In this document: piece after piece, positions 24,975 through 35,207 of the stretch
Layout of the letters: every line of letters begins with the position of its first letter
How positions within the stretch are numbered: position 1 is the first letter of the stretch
Assembly (NCBI GenBank): GCA_024704765.1
Contig: JAKMXF010000133.1
Coordinates: 558,001 to 622,000 of the forward strand
Length of the DNA stretch: 64,000 bases
DNA from: Oopsacas minuta
Lineage: Eukaryota; Animalia; Porifera
Direction of reading: 5' to 3'
Made by a program: the position numbers and the translations under genes
The notes under the pieces: model-generated
What the model saw: the letters and a program-made list of their open reading frames with translations, nothing else
The model's database searches: none
What the model was told of the DNA's origin: nothing

Positions 24975-25051
24975 ATATATGTTACCGTCCAAATTGAGTA
25001 TCCGCCAAGTACTCTATTTGGCGGATACTCAATTTGGAGGGTAACATATAT
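24975..25051. repeat. Near-perfect inverted repeat / hairpin (about 33-bp stem with 1 mismatch, 9-nt loop)
   Basis: ATATATGTTACCGTCCAAATTGAGTATCCGCCAA-GTACTCTAT-TTGGCGGATACTCAATTTGGAGGGTAACATATAT. Confidence 0.92.
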
Positions 25052-25227
25052 ATTTACTGCAGAAATAAATACACAATGGAGTTCGCCTATTAGCAAATCG
25101 TATTTCCTTAGGTAATACGTACACTATTTACCATACAAAAATGCACTATATTTCCATGAAAAAAAGAGATTTTGCTATTAGACGAATTGCTAATATGCGG
25201 ACACTAATACACACAATTTCACAGGAA

Positions 25228-27663
25228 TTAATTATCAACATGCTTCCAAATATCTATATCTCTATACATGTCAGTTCTGTGATAGGTTTGGCTAGCAAAA
25301 CACTGTGTAAAGAATGCATACAGGTATCTAGTCCCTACCACGCCAGCTGATATCTCTTCTATATAGTTAACCAGCAAGATGTCTCTAGCAGCTGGAGATA
25401 GTTCGGTGAAGTGCTGGCTTATTATGTCAGTATCCAGACGTGCGTAGCCTAATTATAAACGCTGTTAAATGCAAAAATTTGGCTTACCATATTATTGTTG
25501 CGAATTTCTCTTATTATGCACAAAATATTTTTAAAGGATTTCAATACCTATTACGTGTAGTGCTGTTGGGATAATGTAAGGATCACATAGTGTAGAAGTT
25601 AATTCATGTGTGAATAGAGTTTCTAGTCCATGAAATCTATTAGAGATTAATCTCCCTAAAAACTGCTTAGTTCTTCCAACACCAACCATTTTGTTAATCA
25701 ACATATCGATATAGAGGCGGAGAGCAGCGATCCTACCTACAAACTTAATTTTATTAAAATAGCACAGAGTACGTATCAACTAATGCAATATTGATTGAAG
25801 TGCGTAATAGGAGAAATCAAGCGTTCATTTCGCAATACATATACAGTTAACTCCCGTTGTATCGAAGTAATTATCGTGGTCTCTTGAACTCGATATTACA
25901 GGAGTTGACTGTAGTTTAATTTCTATTTTTTAGGACAATCATGTACCTTGTTTATGATGCAGGAGATCAAATTTGTGATCATATTTGTAGACAGCATCCA
26001 TGTGTGCTCTCAGCTGGTAATCATGTGACCATGTAGATAGAGAGATAGAGGGAGTGAGAGACTCTACATAGTGCCAAGTGTAACCAGGGATAAACAATAA
26101 GTCTCCTGGTTCTAAGGTAACCTGTACAGGAGATGTGAGCAGGAAATTTGAAAACATATCTGAGAAATGGTCCAGATCTATTCTGGACTTATGCCACATG
26201 GGGTGTATACGGGGGTACATGTACATTAATTCATGTTGAGAGGGAGGAAACAATGTGAATCTCTTTCTACCTCTAATCTGTACGAAACAATTCCAATCCA
26301 TATCTATATGCAGATGTGTAGCTAAACCGCTGGAAGATATCCATAAGAATTGATGCCCTGATAAATAATCGTCATAAGTCTGGAATAACATTTCTCTCGG
26401 AGAGAAGTAAGGAAGAAGAGAGGGACTTAGTTTAGTGAAAAGGTAGTGAGCGTTGGATGAGTGTGTGAATGAGTGAGATAGTTCATCTCTTGTTAGTGAA
26501 ATCTTTTGATAAGATAATGATATGTTAAATTTTAGTTTATCAACAGATAAATCTGGATCAAAAGTTAATTTTGAACTGGTGTGCTTCACGTCATGATATT
26601 CTTCTTGTGTGAAAATATTTGGGAGATTTTCAAATGTGAACGTCTCCAATGCGGACCATTCTAACACACTAGTGTTTGTCAATACAATTAATTCATTATT
26701 CTCAAACAAATAATCATTTAAAGACGTCTCTCTTTCCCAAATTACCTTTTCTAACTGTTTTACGGTAAATTTGTTGAGGATATCATCTTCACATTGAGAC
26801 CGTATGTAATCAGTGCAAAGCAATGTATCTATACAATTATCTGAATATTCTTCTTTGAATTCCAAATATTCATCATTTGAAACAAAATAATTAGTAAATA
26901 AATGTATCAACAGTTTGAAAAGATAGTCTTGTGAATTGTCGAATTTCTGGTAAGACGCTACTCTAGTATATATCCCATTTGTTAGCATATTGTATTGTAA
27001 ACTTATATATCTCTCCGAGACTGGAATATTGTTAGCTGTTAGAGCTTCATTGAACCCTGTCCCGTCTGTATAGGTATCTTCATAACCAGGAGATCCGTAC
27101 AATTTGTAATGAGGATGAATTGATTCATTTATCACGAATATTAACGTATTAAAACTCAAAGGAATATTCTCATATATTCTATTGAGGATTGATTCAGTTT
27201 GATTCTCAGACAAAATTAATTCTTTTTCCGGAAGAACTGTCAAAACTGAGTATTTGGGGAGTGTCAAATCAAGAACAGACAGAATATGGGAATATATTTT
27301 ATCATTGTATAACATATCCAATGCAATATTTAACAACAAATATTCATCTATTTGTTTATTTATTTCGCAATTAAACGGTACATCATGTAGCGTAGTTGAA
27401 ATACATTTATTGTTAGTAATAATTCTAGCTCTTAAAGTTTCACAATCGTGCAAAGTTAAAACCAAATGAGTGACGTTATAAACATGTTGTATCGGCTCTA
27501 CTCGCGTTATTACGTCATCAATCCATGTTAAATTGAACTCTATTTGTGAAGATACAGAAATATAGACAGCGATAATATCAGTATTGATTGTTGTATCTTT
27601 CAAACTCGAAGTTGGTAAACAAACAAACAATGCTATGATAAACAGAATGAGCTTAAAACTCAT
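25228..27663 (-). CDS. JmjC/cupin-8 2-oxoglutarate Fe(II) oxygenase with N-terminal signal peptide (3 exons, about 708 aa)
   Basis: Exons 27663-25947, 25736-25548 and 25448-25228 join in frame (2127 nt). LWISSSGLATHLHIDMDWN.FVQIRGRKRFTLFPP and LEPGDLLFIPGYTWHYV give the HxD...H facial triad. N-terminus MSFKLILFIIALFVCLPTSS is hydrophobic. Confidence 0.85.
25842..25913. mobile_element. 72-bp foldback MITE in JmjC intron 1
   Basis: TACAGTTAACTCCCGTTGTATCGA vs reverse complement of right end TACAGTCAACTCCTGTAATATCGA. Confidence 0.8.
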
Positions 27664-27684
27664 ACTAATTATAAGCTTGGTAAA

Positions 27685-27750
27685 TACAGTAAACTCTCGT
27701 TATAACGAACTGATTGGGACCCCAGTATCGTTTCGTTGTAAGCGGGTTAA
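27685..27750. mobile_element. One-ended fragment of a pogo/Tc1-like MITE
   Basis: TACAGTAAACTCTCGTTATAACGAAC matches the terminal repeat of 52730-52888; no partner end seen. Confidence 0.55.
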
Positions 27751-27824
27751 ATCAATCAAGGAATATCTTCATGAGATAAATATGAAATAAATACGATAAA
27801 TGACAAAATGAACATGTATAACAG

Positions 27825-28925
27825 TCACAGATCAGGAGTGACAAAAACAAATGGTTTATCAGCAAACAAACTATAAACATTTCCTATAACCATATGAATA
27901 AAACATGAATAAGCACTGTGTAATTCTAATGACGTAACAGATAAACTCCACAGCTGTTCATTTCTTGTTTTAATTTCCTGCTTCAACACTTGCTCAGGAC
28001 TTAACCTATCAATTCTATTATCAAACCATATACACTCCACATACACTATATCTGCGTATTTTGAAACAGGCTTGTTGAGTTTAACACTAGCAATCCCTCT
28101 ATCCACTCTAACACTTTTAACTCCAGCATCTTTGTTATACAACATGACGTCATTATGTACTACAAGTGGAATAGGACAATTCTTTTCTTCGTAAGCTACT
28201 TCTGATTTTAAGGATGGTTGTAAGGAGCATAGTGATATCTGTATATGTTTATATTTAAAATGTGAATAAGGTAGCCTAATTGATGTAGTATTAGTCCCAG
28301 TTTGTAATATAAGCTCTCTTGCTCCGTTATGGAAGAGTATTTGTCTGTCTATTTCATCTAATAGTCTTATACTAAGGGAAAATGGTGACTTAGAATGGTG
28401 TAGATATTTCCAATGTATCACTAGATCATATCCTATAATATAAGCTGAAATAGAGGTTGGCATCATAAGAGTTGAAGGGATTATTTCTTGATTTTTGTGT
28501 AGCACATTTTTATGTCTATTCGCGCTGGGAACAAGTTTACGTTTTATGTCGTTCTCAAAGGTATATATTTTGCTACATTTCTTCACGTTTCTGTAATTTG
28601 ATCTACCGCATACTTGGATACAAACCTTCCCAGGAGATAATCCTTCTATATATTGTTCATATTTTGTAGTTAGAGTTGGCTCAATTGTTCGCACTAGCTG
28701 GTAATAAGAAGGCTCGTTAGTCAATTGGTCGATATTGCAGGTTTGAATATCTATTTTATTGTACAGCGCGGCTAGTATAGAAGAATATGTGAATTTGAGA
28801 GTTGCTGAAAAACTATACCCATCTGAGGTTTTAATGACGTCATTTATTATTGGCAGTTGTCCATCAATTCCGTATGCCGAAGAGATTGTTACAAATATCA
28901 CTAGAATTAATCCACGAAAATTCAT
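27825..28925 (-). CDS. Secreted protein with probable fibronectin type III-like repeats
   Basis: 366-aa single exon with signal peptide MNFRGLILVIFVTISSAYG. GLSPGKVCIQV and SLELHSAYSCFI resemble the FN3 L.P...Y.V strand motif. No TM segment. Confidence 0.6.
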   Translation of the reverse strand: MNFRGLILVIFVTISSAYGIDGQLPIINDVIKTSDGYSFSATLKFTYSSILAALYNKIDIQTCNIDQLTNEPSYYQLVRTIEPTLTTKYEQYIEGLSPGKVCIQVCGRSNYRNVKKCSKIYTFENDIKRKLVPSANRHKNVLHKNQEIIPSTLMMPTSISAYIIGYDLVIHWKYLHHSKSPFSLSIRLLDEIDRQILFHNGARELILQTGTNTTSIRLPYSHFKYKHIQISLCSLQPSLKSEVAYEEKNCPIPLVVHNDVMLYNKDAGVKSVRVDRGIASVKLNKPVSKYADIVYVECIWFDNRIDRLSPEQVLKQEIKTRNEQLWSLSVTSLELHSAYSCFIHMVIGNVYSLFADKPFVFVTPDL

Positions 28926-29271
28926 TTTACAGAATTGTTGCTTGAAAATAATTAAATAATGAAATTTAGCAAAACCTTACGCGCATAATATATCTAGCTT
29001 TTGATTGGACAGAATTACAATCAATTATATCGCCGAGTTTGAATATATTCGCCGTAATCCTGTACATTAATTTGCATGTCATGACTGTATTAATTAATAC
29101 AAAATACTAATTAGGTGATAAAGTCTTGAACGTATAAACTACACAAATATTAGTCATGAACTCTAGTATATTAATTGCTACCTCCTCAATTTAACAGAGT
29201 TGCTTATACTTGATCAAGTGCTATATATTATATTGACTATTAGGCTAGCTATACATTTCATTTATACTTCT

Positions 29272-30495
29272 ATGGCTGAACAAACTTTTGAAGGAAACTT
29301 ACCAGAAATAAATCCCTTCACAGAGGTAGAACGAGAGATTAATCTTATTTTCAATGTAATCTTCGATGTTGTAAGAAAGAGAAAAGAAACAGTGTTAGCT
29401 GAGCTGAGTGCTCTGAGGCAATACCATGAAGAGAAAAATGTAAGTGCAATTGTCAGTATAAAGGACTTGGAAGCATCAAAGGCTGAACTTGACGGCTACT
29501 ACCAACAGCTGAAAGTGAATATCGCGAAATTGGAGATGGAGAAGACAATCAAAAAGTTAGAACAACAATTGTTTGAACTTAGGAAGGATCTGGCAACAGT
29601 AAATGTATTGTTCAGCTGTGATACACATAAGATGGGACAAGATATTGCTAACTTCGGTCAGATTATAGTCACGAGTATACAAAACACACGTGACTATTCT
29701 CTTATTGAATCACCTGTTAAGACTCTCAGTAAATTTGGTCTAATGTGTAATGAATTCATCAAACCTCGTGGCGTACATATTGACAATTCTACAGACATAG
29801 CGTATATTGCAGATTCTGCTAATGGGAGAATACAGATGTGGAAAATGGAGGGAGAATATGTAGCTGAATTCGGCAGGGAGACATTAAAATATCCTTATGG
29901 AACTACAATATTAGATGGAGCAATATTTATAACTGATCTGGATCATAATTCTATATTCAAATTTAACCTTTTAGATTACTCACTGATCGCTCGTTCGGAT
30001 AGTATCTCACCTAAATGCAAACTCGAGAATCCCTATGGAATATGTTCAGAAGCGGATGAAGTGTTTGTACTTCATAATGATAAATGTATTGAGGTATTCA
30101 ATAATGAGTTATCTTATGAGAGATCAATAAGTAGTCGTATTAAGAGCTGTACTGACATGAAGATTAGAAACTCAATTTTGTACTTGTTGGAGGTAAAGAA
30201 GAATGAAATAAAACTTATTAACTCAAAGAAAGGGAATTTAATCAAGTCTATCAATACTAAAAAAGATGGAGTAAGCTTTGGGGTAGCTTGTCATTTCTGT
30301 TTGGATCAGAAAAATAATTTTTTGATTACTAACTGGAAAACTAATCAAATCAAGATAGTATCAGAAGATGGAGATGTTATTCGTCTCATTGACACAACAG
30401 AGTGGAATTGTTTAGAGCCTATGGGAATTGCTATAAGTCATAACAGGATTGTTGTTGTATTTCAAAGTGGAGAATGGAGTCAGATTCATATTTGA
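29272..30495 (+). CDS. Coiled-coil + NHL-repeat beta-propeller protein, copy 1 (TRIM-NHL-like, no RING/B-box seen)
   Basis: F.KPRGVHID...IAYIADSANGRIQMW, LKYPYGTTI..GAIFITD and CLEPMGIAI are NHL blades. ATG 29272 aligns with the copy-2 start region. Confidence 0.85.
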   Translation: MAEQTFEGNLPEINPFTEVEREINLIFNVIFDVVRKRKETVLAELSALRQYHEEKNVSAIVSIKDLEASKAELDGYYQQLKVNIAKLEMEKTIKKLEQQLFELRKDLATVNVLFSCDTHKMGQDIANFGQIIVTSIQNTRDYSLIESPVKTLSKFGLMCNEFIKPRGVHIDNSTDIAYIADSANGRIQMWKMEGEYVAEFGRETLKYPYGTTILDGAIFITDLDHNSIFKFNLLDYSLIARSDSISPKCKLENPYGICSEADEVFVLHNDKCIEVFNNELSYERSISSRIKSCTDMKIRNSILYLLEVKKNEIKLINSKKGNLIKSINTKKDGVSFGVACHFCLDQKNNFLITNWKTNQIKIVSEDGDVIRLIDTTEWNCLEPMGIAISHNRIVVVFQSGEWSQIHI

Positions 30496-30961
30496 TTGGC
30501 TTATCCTGTTATCCCATTATTCTGTAGAGTATTTATTGTATATAGCATTATATATTTACTTAACAGGCTACGCAGGCTGTGTATTTACTTGTATATAGTG
30601 TTGTATGACCGTTAGTGATATACGTGTATAAATATATATATCAATATAACACATAGCTATAATGTAAGTCTCATAATGCATCAACAAATTCAGGACATTT
30701 TTTGTACATTCACACCGATTTTGGATGTAATCAGGTGCGTAGCCTTAGCTGGTAACACATGCTGTATCTAAATGTTTTGGACCACTAATATTCCCAATAG
30801 AATAGTATTACAGATGCTGTCATGCCGTATCTATTCCGCGGAAGGCCTGAATGTAATGATAGCATTCAGATAATGTAAAAATATCTATTTATTATTTTAT
30901 AGTTATTGTTGACTCTTTCAACTGTATTAGCTTGATCTCGCAAATTCTATAAACTTTACCT

Positions 30962-32176
30962 ATGGCTACAAATCTACCTAGAAATGAGTTCATTATGGCT
31001 GATCCATTCGCTAGGGCAGAAACTAAAATTAACAGTATATTCAATGAAATATTTGAAGCCATGAAAAGGAAGAGAGAGGAAGTTTTATCAGAGTTGAGAT
31101 ATCTAAAGCAGCAACATGAAGAGAAGAATAAAGAGAAGAATAAAGATATTTTCGTTAAGATACAAAATCTAGAGGCGTCAAAAACCGAACTTACTCAACA
31201 TTGTGAACAGATGAAAGTGAATATCGCGAAATCGGAAATGGAGAAGACGATCAAAAGTTTAGAACAACAGCTATTTGAACTCAGGAGCGACCTATCAACA
31301 GTAAATGTATTGTTCAACTGCAATACACCCAAGATGCGACAAGATATTGCTAACTTCGGTCAGATTGTAGTCACGAGTATACAAAACACACGTGACTATT
31401 CTCTTATTGAATCACCTCTTAAGACTCTCAGTAAATTTGGTAATATCGAGGGGGAATTCCACAAACCTTGTAGCGTACATATTGACAATTCTACCGACAT
31501 TGTTTACATTGCAGATTGTGGTAATAAGAGAATACAAATGTGGAGTATGGAAGGGGAATATGTAGCTGAATTCGGTAGTGATGTATTGAAATATCCTTAT
31601 GGAATTACTATTGTAGATGGAGCAATATTTGTAACAGATTTGCATCTTAACTCGATATATAAATTTAATCTCTTAAACTACTCAGTAATTGCTACAAATA
31701 CCATCCAATATCCAAACGGTATATGTTCAGAATTTGACGAGATATTTGTTGTCAATAATCAAAAGAATATTTGTGTATATTCAACAGATCTAAAATTGGA
31801 GAGAACTTTTTGTCATAATTTAGGTTCTAATGCTGACATAAAAATACGAAACTCAATCCTATATTTGCTAGAAACAGCTGATAATACAATCAAACTTTTG
31901 AACTCAAAAACAGGTGATCTGATTAGATCAGTGTCAGTCAATAAAGATGGTAATGCATTCTCTAGTGCTTGCTATTTCTGTTTGGATCAAGATAATAATT
32001 TCATGATTACCAACTGGAAAACTAATCAAATCAAGATAGTATCAGAAGATGGAGATCTTATTCGCCTCATTGACACGACAAAGTGGAATTGTTTAGAGCC
32101 TATGGGAATTGCTATTAACAATAACAAGATTATTGTCGTATTTAGCGGTGGAGAATGGAGTCAAATTCATATTTGA
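30962..32176 (+). CDS. Coiled-coil + NHL-repeat beta-propeller protein, copy 2
   Basis: Collinear paralog of 29272-30495 (GEFHKPCSVHID...IADCGNKRIQMW); same C-terminus GEWSQIHI. Confidence 0.85.
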   Translation: MATNLPRNEFIMADPFARAETKINSIFNEIFEAMKRKREEVLSELRYLKQQHEEKNKEKNKDIFVKIQNLEASKTELTQHCEQMKVNIAKSEMEKTIKSLEQQLFELRSDLSTVNVLFNCNTPKMRQDIANFGQIVVTSIQNTRDYSLIESPLKTLSKFGNIEGEFHKPCSVHIDNSTDIVYIADCGNKRIQMWSMEGEYVAEFGSDVLKYPYGITIVDGAIFVTDLHLNSIYKFNLLNYSVIATNTIQYPNGICSEFDEIFVVNNQKNICVYSTDLKLERTFCHNLGSNADIKIRNSILYLLETADNTIKLLNSKTGDLIRSVSVNKDGNAFSSACYFCLDQDNNFMITNWKTNQIKIVSEDGDLIRLIDTTKWNCLEPMGIAINNNKIIVVFSGGEWSQIHI

Positions 32177-32308
32177 TCATAGATCTTAGAACAGAACATC
32201 CTAGGTACTTTCACTTGAATTATTACGTTAGAAATTATAAATTCAAATCTGCCATTTATTACTTTTGCATTAGTAATAATTATAATAAAGTATTGCTTAA
32301 AATTATTT

Positions 32309-32713
32309 CTATTTCCTTCCCTCCACCATAATGATATGGTATCCGAATTTAGTCTTGACAGGGGGGTCTGTATACACTGGCTTAACTGGAGTACTAATAG
32401 GCAATGAGAATGCTGCGTCTTGGAATGGACCCACCATTGATCCTCTGAGCATCCATCCTAGATCTCCTCCGTGACGAGCTTTATCCTCGCTGAAGTTAGC
32501 TGCTACGTCACTGAAGCTAGCTCCATCATTCAGTCTTGCCAACGCTTCTGTTACCTTGGCATGCTTTTCACAGAGAATGTGTCGAACCTTGACACTCAAT
32601 GCTCCTCCTCCTTTTGTAGGTTTATCTGCCCCTTTCGTAGCTCCTTCTTTCTCTGCCCCCTTTCCTTTCTTCCCTCCAGAAGAGGAGGAACCCTTGGCCC
32701 CTCCTTTAGGCAT
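32309..32713 (-). CDS. PIN4: Parvulin-type peptidyl-prolyl isomerase PIN4 (Par14)
   Basis: G/K-rich N-terminus, [38 protein letters not shown] and [17 protein letters not shown]. Confidence 0.97.
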   Translation of the reverse strand: MPKGGAKGSSSSGGKKGKGAEKEGATKGADKPTKGGGALSVKVRHILCEKHAKVTEALARLNDGASFSDVAANFSEDKARHGGDLGWMLRGSMVGPFQDAAFSLPISTPVKPVYTDPPVKTKFGYHIIMVEGRK

Positions 32714-32898
32714 TATTAGCTAGTTAAGTCGTTAGTTTATTAATTATAAATTCTCTAAATAGCCTATATTTAGATAAAATAGTACAAAGTAATAATCAAA
32801 GTAATAATCAAAATAATTAATAAGAGAATTGTTACCTGCAAATCAGTAATTTTATACAAAAATACAAAAAAGAAAATATTTTGAAGAAAACTGTCTGT

Positions 32899-33339
32899 TT
32901 ATATCCAATGCTCTCTTGACTTAGCCGTGGAGAATGGAGAATCTTTTGTTAGTGAATCCGCTGATTTATGGAAAACAACAGTGTTTTTGTTGTAAAAAGT
33001 TAATACAGGGGAGCGATTAGGCGAGTTTGTAATAGAAAACTCACTGGGTGTCTCTCGTGTAAACGTAGGGGATTCTGTACCAAAAAACAACGGAGCGCTT
33101 GCTTCTGGCTGTAATGGAGTGTTTGGCATGCACGCTGAGAGCTTTTCAGGTTTTGTGGGTTTCACTTCAACTGTATGTTTAGTCTTACAACAATTCCAAA
33201 GTATACAATAACAAATAATGATTAAACATTGGAAGTAAACGCCTAAGATTGTAATTCCTAAAGGAATTAGTAAGTATACTGGTGTTAGCGTTTCTGTTAA
33301 TTCAGGGAAAGACGTGAAATTACTATTTAAATACATCAA
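32899..33339 (-). CDS. Orphan single-pass membrane protein
   Basis: 146 aa: short N-terminus with an NFT sequon, one hydrophobic helix, Cys-rich juxtamembrane segment (CYCILWNCCK) and S/T-P-rich tail. No family recognised. Confidence 0.5.
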   Translation of the reverse strand: MMYLNSNFTSFPELTETLTPVYLLIPLGITILGVYFQCLIIICYCILWNCCKTKHTVEVKPTKPEKLSACMPNTPLQPEASAPLFFGTESPTFTRETPSEFSITNSPNRSPVLTFYNKNTVVFHKSADSLTKDSPFSTAKSREHWI

Positions 33340-33744
33340 GCAAATTTAAATTTGATTAAAATATATTTTTAATTCGGTTATATATTTGAATGAATGATGA
33401 ATACAAACCAATAGGTCAGCATATGTCAATGAAACAATACTAATATAAGTGTTATGTTCAAATACATTGGGGATTCTGAAAGCTACTGAATCACAAAATG
33501 CCCATCAGTTTGTCTCTAAATAGAGTAGTACAATTGCGAGCCTAATATACGTGTGCATAAATTTACTATTGTTTCCACCTTATCTACGCGTGGGATAACT
33601 TGGAATCCATCACATAAGATACCATTTAATGCGGACTGTCTATTGATCAACTTGAACCCAAACAAACAGTTATATTATAGTAGAAATTCTTTCTAAAATG
33701 GGCACTAACTCATTAGCAATACATAATATAATTCTATCATCAAT

Positions 33745-34125
33745 TCAATCTTTCTTTTTCGGTTTTGGGGGGACTTTTTTCTTCTCTTTCTTCAACTTTT
33801 CCTTTCGTTTCATAGCAGTGCAATTTGAACGCATAAGAGCAGCCATATTTATTTGAAATTTAGTAACCTTTTTTGAAGAGACATGAGTGGAAAGTTTTTT
33901 ATTTCCTGCCTTTGCGCGGATTAAACAAAGATGTTCGTCAGGCTGAGGGTGGACATGTTCCTTCTCTCCTTCCTTTTTCCCAGGTTTTCCTTTCCGGGGT
34001 TTTGGGGTTGGTTTTGTATGACCATTATACTTCTTCAGGGTTATAACCACTGCACCAGTATTTCTGTGTTTTGTAAAGAGTTTACCTAGCTCTGTTAGAA
34101 ATGCGTCTGGATCAAGAAGTACCAT
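33745..34125 (-). CDS. SRP14: Signal recognition particle 14 kDa subunit
   Basis: MVLLD.DAFLTEL.KLF...R..G.V.ITLKKY.G.TKP.P and CLIRA..G.KKLST.V are SRP14 hallmarks. Confidence 0.95.
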   Translation of the reverse strand: MVLLDPDAFLTELGKLFTKHRNTGAVVITLKKYNGHTKPTPKPRKGKPGKKEGEKEHVHPQPDEHLCLIRAKAGNKKLSTHVSSKKVTKFQINMAALMRSNCTAMKRKEKLKKEKKKVPPKPKKKD

Positions 34126-34728
34126 GGCTAAGGATGTGAAGCTAGTTTCTAAATAATAGAATATATCTATAGTTAGAAGTAGTATTATATTATTGTCCCA
34201 TATTTGGTAGTAGAAAATACAATGCCTCTTAAATGTCTCTTAAATGTTTGCTCAAGATTTTTTTGCCCCGTGGGGTTTCACAATAAGCGACCCAGACTGT
34301 ATTTTTGATAGCTGGTTGTCGCTTAGGACGCCAACCAATTAAAGTTGAGTTTACCTGAAATCAAGTCATTTTTTACAGATTTTCCCCTGATACTCGGCTA
34401 ACTTTCTATGAGAGGTCAAGTCATAACTCTTGACAAAACATTATAGAAAATTAATACTAGAATTTCCCTTCAAAAATTACTGTTAAAGCAGTTTTTGCTT
34501 TTGGATCAATGTTAAAACCACTAACCTACGGTAAGAGCATAATTTGTTATTAATACATTGTAATTATTACACAATGGATTATGTTGTATTCGAAGTTGAC
34601 TAATTATTGAAAATGCAACATATACATTATTCAACTAATTCAGCAAAAGGGTTGAATGATATCTTGTTTTTTCAAAACAGGAACAAAATAAAGATCAATA
34701 TGTCCCAAATTTATTTGCTATCGTTCCG

Positions 34729-34873
34729 TACAGTAGTTATCGCTTATAAGAACACCATTGGCAGTAGTAAAATATGTGCTTATCGCCGGTATGTATTATA
34801 CAAAATTATATGAGAACCTTTTCCACAGTATGGTTCTTATATCCGATGCTTTTTTATAAGGAACATCCATTGT
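34729..34873. mobile_element. Degenerate MITE related to 22422-22563
   Basis: Starts TACAGTAGTTATCGCTTATAAGAACACC; right end GGAACATCCATTGTG is a decayed complement; internal GGTTCTTATATCCG is shared with the 22422 element. Confidence 0.5.
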
Positions 34874-35207
34874 GATTCTATATTTTGTGTACAAACAAAT
34901 ATCAATAGTGTAAGTTTCCTCCCCTGGATCGAACTCGAATAGTGAATACAAAAATAAGAAAATCGAGAATTTAATTATTTAAGATACATTACAAAAATCA
35001 ATTTTATTTATCATTACAAATATAACAGATATGTTATCCAAAATAAATATATAAATAACTGATGGACATGCAACTGATAGATTGTTTAAATTTAATTGTA
35101 TTTCCTACCTTACAAGAGCAAAAATTAAAATTATAATGGCCCATAACTTGGGAGGAGTTTATGATTTAGTGAGAACGGGTAAGGGCCGCTACGATAAACT
35201 TAATCAT

